Shown here: one piece after another, positions 31,893-36,907 of the stretch | Numbering within the stretch: position 1 is the first letter of the stretch | Layout: every line of letters starts with the position of its first letter | Virus record (IMG/VR): IMGVR_UViG_3300025451_000030 | Coordinates: 1-36,907 of that record | Length of the DNA stretch: 36,907 nucleotides | Strand: one strand, 5' to 3' | Source of the DNA: a virus | Lineage: Duplodnaviria; Caudoviricetes | Program-made: the position numbers and the translations under genes | The notes under the pieces: generated by a model | Databases searched by the model: none | What the model was told of the DNA's origin: nothing | Seen by the model: only the letters and a program-made list of their open reading frames with translations

Positions 31893-32690
31893 TCAGGCCG
31901 CAGCGCGTTTCAGGGTGTCAAGCAGCTGCAGGGCTGCCCGCTGTGCGCGCTGAGCGTCGTGGTCGGCATCCCGCTCGACCTGCACGCTGCGCTTGACCGC
32001 GGCCACCATGGCCTTGGCCTGCTCGGCAGACAGGCCCGCATCCCGCAGGGCCCGCTCCGCGTCGCGGATGGTGTTGATGGTGTTCAGCGCGGCACCTGAC
32101 TTCACGGTGTCCACGCGGGCCTGCCCGTTGGCAGGGAAGGTGACGGGCGACACCTCCCACAGGTCGACTTCCTGCAGGGTGCGCTCGTCGTTCTTGTCGT
32201 CCCAGGTCCACTTGCGGCTGATGAAGCCGATAGACAGGCCGTTCAGTGCGCCGGCTTTCAGCAGTGCATGCGCTTCCTTGCCGCGCGGGGCTTCCAACAC
32301 CAGGCGGCCCTTCACGCGCAGGCCGCGGCTGTCTTCCACCATGTCGGTCCACACGCCGATGGGCTCAGCATCACGGTGCTGCCACAGCATGGCGGGCATG
32401 GTGCCGGCCGCCTTGTGCGCGGCCAGCGTAGCGGCGAAGGCGCCTGGCACGATGATGTCGCCCCAGTCGTCCACCACGTTGAAGACGCTGCCGTACCCCT
32501 CGATGGTGCCGTCATCACCGATGGCGCGCTGCTCCAGCCGGACGATGGTGTTGCGGCGCTCTGGGCTGCTGCTGTCGCGGCGCTCCAGACGCTGGCGCGA
32601 CAGATCCAGGAACTCGCCCGCGCGGCGCTCAGCGGCAGCCACGCGGCGTTCCAGATCACGCGGGGTCAGCGGGCGGGTCTTGCGTGCCAT
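31893..32690 (-). CDS. Prohead protease (HK97 family)
   Basis: IEGYGSVF, MLWQH, PIGVW, GLSIGF, LWEVSPVTFPAN. Confidence 0.95.
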   Translation of the reverse strand: MARKTRPLTPRDLERRVAAAERRAGEFLDLSRQRLERRDSSSPERRNTIVRLEQRAIGDDGTIEGYGSVFNVVDDWGDIIVPGAFAATLAAHKAAGTMPAMLWQHRDAEPIGVWTDMVEDSRGLRVKGRLVLEAPRGKEAHALLKAGALNGLSIGFISRKWTWDDKNDERTLQEVDLWEVSPVTFPANGQARVDTVKSGAALNTINTIRDAERALRDAGLSAEQAKAMVAAVKRSVQVERDADHDAQRAQRAALQLLDTLKRAAA

Positions 32691-33906
32691 TGTTGGCTCC
32701 GTTCATGTTCATGGGGGTCAGCGGTTCATCCAGCCCGTCCAACGGGTCCAGCCCTTCGCTGTCGCGGATCTCGTTGCGGGTGTAGATGCCCGCCTCAACC
32801 ATGCTGCGGTTCCACTGCGCACGGTCCTTCAGGCTGCCGGCGGTCATGTAGCGGGTGTCGAACTCGGCATACAGCGGGCCGCTGCCGTCCAGCAGCATTT
32901 CGTCGATGCGTTGCGTCCACGCGCTGTGCCAGGGCGCCAGGGTGTGCACCAGGTGCGCGGCAAAGAAAGCCTCGCTGCTGGCGAAGGTGGCCGCCTTGTC
33001 GCTGTGGCCCACCATGATCGGGAACACGCCGAACGCGCGGCACACCTCTTCCACCTGCAGGCGACGGGTTTCCACGTGTTGCGCGTCGCTGCCGCTCATC
33101 ACGTTGGGCAGCCACTTGGCGCTGCGGTCCAGCACCAGCGGCAGGCCAGCATTGGCCGGCCCGCTGCGCTTCTTCAACACCTCGTTCAGCCTGGTCATCT
33201 GTTCGGGTGACAGCACACCCTCAACGCTGTAGGTGCCACTGGTGCGCAGGCCGTTGGCGTGCATGCCGGCCTGGCTGGTCTCGGCCGCCATGGCCAGGCC
33301 AATGGCGTGGCGGGCCAGCATCACGTAGGACAGGCTCTTGTGCCATTGCCACTGCAGGTTGTGCAGGGTGAAGACCTGATCGGGCCTGAAGACGCCGATC
33401 ACGCCGAACTCGTCCCACACGCGGTAGCGCAGGTCATACCGGCTGGTGTGCTCCATGTCCCACTGGCCGGGCATCACGGGCAGCAGTTCCGTGACCCGGT
33501 TGTTGCCGCCCATGCTCTTGATGGCCAGCCCGGTGCCGCACAGCGCCGCATGCGCGGTGAGCATGCGGCGGAACTCGAAGCTGGTCTGCCACTCGTTCGG
33601 TCGACGCGCCAACAGGCGGTACTCGGGGATGTTGGTGGCTTTCTGGCGGGTGGCCCGGCCCTTGGCGTCGGTCACCTCACGGTACACATGCAGCCGGGGC
33701 GTGGCGCAGCCGTCAGCGATGGCCTTCACGCAGGCCAGCACGGTGCTGACCTGCAGCGCGGTCTTGTCGGTGACGGTGACACCGGCCACGCGCGCAGCAC
33801 CGCTGCCGCCATCGATCAGCGACGCCACCTGGTCATACGTCAGCTCGGTGGCCTTGCGGCCCAGCAGGCCGCCCAGGCCGGCGCTCAGTCGGTCCAGCAG
33901 CTTCAT
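32656..33906 (-). CDS. Portal protein (HK97 family)
   Basis: ALQVSTVLACVKAIA, RPNEWQT, EVCRAFGVFP, TRNEIR; start reassigned to MKLLD at 33906. Confidence 0.93.
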   Translation of the reverse strand: MKLLDRLSAGLGGLLGRKATELTYDQVASLIDGGSGAARVAGVTVTDKTALQVSTVLACVKAIADGCATPRLHVYREVTDAKGRATRQKATNIPEYRLLARRPNEWQTSFEFRRMLTAHAALCGTGLAIKSMGGNNRVTELLPVMPGQWDMEHTSRYDLRYRVWDEFGVIGVFRPDQVFTLHNLQWQWHKSLSYVMLARHAIGLAMAAETSQAGMHANGLRTSGTYSVEGVLSPEQMTRLNEVLKKRSGPANAGLPLVLDRSAKWLPNVMSGSDAQHVETRRLQVEEVCRAFGVFPIMVGHSDKAATFASSEAFFAAHLVHTLAPWHSAWTQRIDEMLLDGSGPLYAEFDTRYMTAGSLKDRAQWNRSMVEAGIYTRNEIRDSEGLDPLDGLDEPLTPMNMNGANNGTQDPPADPA

Positions 33907-35666
33907 GCCTCGACCTCCCACCATGACTGTTCGGAGTTGTTGGCGCTCGGAGACGCGCTGGCGTAAGCCATCACCGCCGCCACCACCAGGTCGATGCGCC
34001 CGGTCGCCTTGGCCTTGTTCATCTTGCGATTGCCGGCCGGGTCGCTGTCGGTCACTGCATTGGCCGCGCACCAGGTCAGCACCGGGTGGCCGTTGTGCTG
34101 CACCGTGCGGTTGAGGATGGCGGTTTCGAAGGCGTCGATGGCCGGGCTCATGTCCTTGAAGCCCTGGCCGAACGGCAGCAGCGCCGGCAGGCTGATTCCG
34201 TCGTCGGTCGCCTGCTGCTGGAAGTCCTCCAGCCGCCACCGGTCGGCGGCGATGCCCTGCACGTCGAACTCGCTGCAGATCTGCGCCACGCGCTGCAGCA
34301 CCGCCCGCTTGCTGATGGCACGGCCTGGCGTGGTCTCCAGGTAGCCGGCGCGCTTCCACGCGGCGTAGTCAACGCGGTCGCGCTGGGCGCGGTCGGCCAG
34401 GCCCTCGTCAGGCAGCCAGCACCATGCCAGGATGCTCCAGGCCCCGCCGGGCTGCTCGGGCTCGACCAGCAGGACGAACGCGGTCAGGTCGGTGGTGCTT
34501 GACAGGTCCAGGCCGCCGAAAGCGCGCCGGCCGCGCAGCTCCGCCATGGTGAAGGACTGCTGGCACGGGTCCCACACGTGGGCCGACAGCCACGGATTGA
34601 TGGCCGCTGTCCACTGGCCGAAGTTCAGCCGGCGCACGATGGCCTCTTTGGCCGGCATGCCGCGGGCTTCGGTCACTTGTTCGCGCAGGTACTGCAGGCC
34701 GGGAAGGTTTCGATGCTGCAGGCTTGGGTTTGCCTTGGGCCAGCACCGTTCGTCTGCCAGCGGATCGTCGTCTGGATCGACCCCGCAGACGAATGCGAAG
34801 AAGGCATCGTCAACCCGCTTGCCGGCCGCCACCTCGCAGCCGTAGTCGTGGTAGATGCCGCAGGGCGTCGTCTTGCCGGCGCCGCTGTTCGTAATCATGA
34901 AGATCAGCGCCTGGCGGCGGCTTTTGGTGCCGGCGCGCAGCATCTCGACCACCTGCGCGGTCTTGTGCTCGTGCACTTCATCCAGCAGGGCCACGTGCGG
35001 GCGCGGGCCGTTGGCGCCATCGTCGGCACTGATCGGGCGGAAGAAGCTTCCGTTGGCGGTGTAAGCCAGGTTCCAGACGTTTTCGCCTGTGCCGCTGGTC
35101 GTCAGCCGCTTCATGAGCGCAGGGCTGTGCTGGCGCATCGCCACGGCGTCGCGGAACAGGATCATGGCTTGGTCGCGCTTGGTGGCGGCGGCGTAGATCT
35201 CGGCGCGGGCCTCGCCGTCGGCGGTCAGGCCGTACATGCCGACACCTGCGGCCAGCGGGCTCTTGCCGCTGCCCTTCGCCGTCTCGACGTAGGCCACGCG
35301 GAAGCGCCGCACCCATCCGTCCAGCTGGGCGTCGAAGCGCTGCCAGCCGTACAGGCTGCCGACGATGAATGCCTGCCAGTCGTCGAGGATGAACGGCTTG
35401 CCCTCGAACGCGCCGCCGTTCAGGCACAGCGTCTCCTCGAAGAAGGCGATGGCCCAGGCGGATGCGTCCAGGTTCCAGCGCAGGCCGCGGGCTGGCGCCT
35501 CGGTCAGGTCGCGCAGGTGGCGTGCTGCGGCATCGCGCACGTGCGGGCCGGCGATGATCTCGCCCAGCAGCACGCGGTGCGCGTACTGGGTGGCCCTGTC
35601 GACCACGACCGGCTTCTGCTGCGCCCGCTTGCGGGCTGGCTTGGTCGGTGCGTCCACGCTGGTCAC
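33903..35666 (-). CDS. terL: Terminase large subunit
   Basis: AKGSGKS Walker A, LLDEVHEH Walker B, GGLDLSSTTDLTA and RIDLVVA nuclease motifs; start likely GTG 35666. Confidence 0.95.
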   Translation of the reverse strand: MTSVDAPTKPARKRAQQKPVVVDRATQYAHRVLLGEIIAGPHVRDAAARHLRDLTEAPARGLRWNLDASAWAIAFFEETLCLNGGAFEGKPFILDDWQAFIVGSLYGWQRFDAQLDGWVRRFRVAYVETAKGSGKSPLAAGVGMYGLTADGEARAEIYAAATKRDQAMILFRDAVAMRQHSPALMKRLTTSGTGENVWNLAYTANGSFFRPISADDGANGPRPHVALLDEVHEHKTAQVVEMLRAGTKSRRQALIFMITNSGAGKTTPCGIYHDYGCEVAAGKRVDDAFFAFVCGVDPDDDPLADERCWPKANPSLQHRNLPGLQYLREQVTEARGMPAKEAIVRRLNFGQWTAAINPWLSAHVWDPCQQSFTMAELRGRRAFGGLDLSSTTDLTAFVLLVEPEQPGGAWSILAWCWLPDEGLADRAQRDRVDYAAWKRAGYLETTPGRAISKRAVLQRVAQICSEFDVQGIAADRWRLEDFQQQATDDGISLPALLPFGQGFKDMSPAIDAFETAILNRTVQHNGHPVLTWCAANAVTDSDPAGNRKMNKAKATGRIDLVVAAVMAYASASPSANNSEQSWWEVEA

Positions 35667-36136
35667 TTGAAGAACCTGTCGGGGCCGTTGGCCTGCTTGT
35701 TGCTGAACATGTCGGCCTGCGGGTCCACCATCACCTTGCTGCGGGCGGCCGGCGTGGCGCCGAACTCGCGCAGCACGGCCAGCGCGCGCTTGGCCGACAT
35801 GCTCTTCACCATCTCCCACGGTGACAGGCTGACGTTGCCGGTCTCGGCGTTCTTCACCAGCACCTTGCCGTCGGCCGTCTTCTCCATCGACAGGCGGAAG
35901 ACGGCGATGGCATCGCAGGCGATCTCCAGCGCGGGCGTGTCGATGGCGGTCAGGATCTGCGCCTTGCGCAGCTGTGGCGCCAACTGGTTCCACACGGCGG
36001 CGACTGGCGCGGCCAGATGCGGCGGCGGTGTCAAGTCTTGCAGAAGGTCGGGCTCGGGCTCCCTGTCATTCAGGGCGCGCTTGCCTGGGTTGCCGTTCAC
36101 CAGGTGCAGCGCGGTCGGTTTGGCCGTGCGTCCCAT
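35663..36136 (-). CDS. terS: Terminase small subunit, P27 family
   Basis: GRTAKPTALHLVNGNPGKR...EFGATPAARSK. Confidence 0.92.
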   Translation of the reverse strand: MGRTAKPTALHLVNGNPGKRALNDREPEPDLLQDLTPPPHLAAPVAAVWNQLAPQLRKAQILTAIDTPALEIACDAIAVFRLSMEKTADGKVLVKNAETGNVSLSPWEMVKSMSAKRALAVLREFGATPAARSKVMVDPQADMFSNKQANGPDRFFK

Positions 36137-36858
36137 CACTGCACCAGTTGCGCGGCCTGTCGCCACGGCGCCCAGCTGCTGAAGTTGTCGTTTAACGACT
36201 CGATGCCGTCGAAGAAGTCAGCGTAGAAGTGGAACAGGCCGGCGTCGGCAGTCACGGCGGTCTGCTCGGTGCGCGGGTTCGTGTTCAGGTTCGCGCTGGA
36301 CTCGACGACGACGAAGCGGCCGGTGTGGCGGTTGCCCAGCAGCATCACCTTCGAGTGGTTGCGGAACGTGGCCACCCGGCCCTTGTGCTTGCGCACCGCG
36401 GTGCACAGCGCTTCGTGCACGGTCGGATACTGGCTGGGCAGGATCTCGCCGGTGTAGGCGTCGACCCACTGCAGCTGGCCAGCGGCAAGCCACGCGGCAA
36501 GCTGTTCCACGTCCTGCATGGCCATGCACCAGGTGCTGACCATCAGGTAGTCCCAGGGCTCGCAGGCCATCAGGTGCTGCAGGAAACTCAGGCTGTCGAC
36601 ATCGCCGCTGCTGATCACGTGCCAGCTGTCGCCTTCTTCGATGAACGGCGGCAGCAGGTCGCGCAGCAGGGCCTCGCTCTTGGCACGGCGCACACTGATG
36701 CGCCTGCGCGTGCGCACCGCACGGGCCTCTGACAGGCGCTGCTTGCGGGTGCGGGCGGGCGGATCAGCTAGGCCGTCGAACTCGCCCAGGTCGGCGAAGT
36801 CGCTGCTGTCGATGCTGGCCAGCTCCAGGCCTGCCACATCGATGCCGTCAAGCATCAT
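36136..36858 (-). CDS. Phospholipase D-fold (HxK) protein, putative nuclease
   Basis: NHSKVMLL...VVESSANLNTNPRTEQ; TGATG coupling to terS. Confidence 0.7.
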   Translation of the reverse strand: MMLDGIDVAGLELASIDSSDFADLGEFDGLADPPARTRKQRLSEARAVRTRRRISVRRAKSEALLRDLLPPFIEEGDSWHVISSGDVDSLSFLQHLMACEPWDYLMVSTWCMAMQDVEQLAAWLAAGQLQWVDAYTGEILPSQYPTVHEALCTAVRKHKGRVATFRNHSKVMLLGNRHTGRFVVVESSANLNTNPRTEQTAVTADAGLFHFYADFFDGIESLNDNFSSWAPWRQAAQLVQ

Positions 36859-36907
36859 GCGACTCCCCCTGTGGATTTCGCGGACCTGCGAACGAATAGA
36901 ACCGACC

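Noticed and set aside
32656-35993. Extended N-termini of portal (34359), TerL (35993), tail tube (26815) and dNMP kinase (498) in the ORF track
   Set aside because: They overlap upstream genes; internal starts with RBS or 4-bp overlaps fit better.
18045-36182. Long plus-strand ORFs (18045-20555, 21740-23584, 30378-32099, 31993-33210, 34578-36182 and others)
   Set aside because: Antisense shadows of well-supported structural genes in high-GC DNA; no motifs.
1-36907. Integron integrase, other recombinase, or reverse transcriptase (DGR/retron)
   Set aside because: No R-H-R-Y tyrosine recombinase or YxDD RT motifs recognised in any credible ORF; no TR/VR pair seen near the spike gene.
1-36907. 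tRNA or rRNA genes
   Set aside because: No cloverleaf or T-loop (GTTCGAATC-type) context or rRNA-like sequence recognised.

Overview
High-GC segment of a tailed (siphovirus-type, HK97-fold) phage or prophage; a betaproteobacterial host is a guess from GC content and gene style. Right part (~13.8-36.9 kb, minus strand): a complete morphogenesis operon with a PLD-like gene, TerS, TerL, portal, prohead protease, major capsid, head-tail joining, tail tube, frameshifted tail chaperones, tape measure, Dit with an inserted domain, tail tip and beta-helix spike, then holin-like membrane genes. It also carries insertions (polysaccharide-deacetylase virion protein, Lar-like gene, antisense SGNH lipoprotein). 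Left part (1-13.8 kb, plus strand): early/accessory genes. The main find is in this left part: 20 integron attC-like hairpin sites (52-101 bp, RYYYAAC...GTTRRRY, canonical 5-bp/6-bp spacers and extrahelical bases) that divide phage-type genes into two cassette arrays (3052-9457 and 11289-~13770). The attC sites point opposite to the genes they carry. Array 1 ends in an attI-like simple site, several attC hairpins contain the RBS and start codon of their own gene, and no integrase is in the window. This looks like a phage-borne 'reverse' integron-cassette system for shuffling accessory genes. All product calls come from motif recognition by eye; no database search was run.
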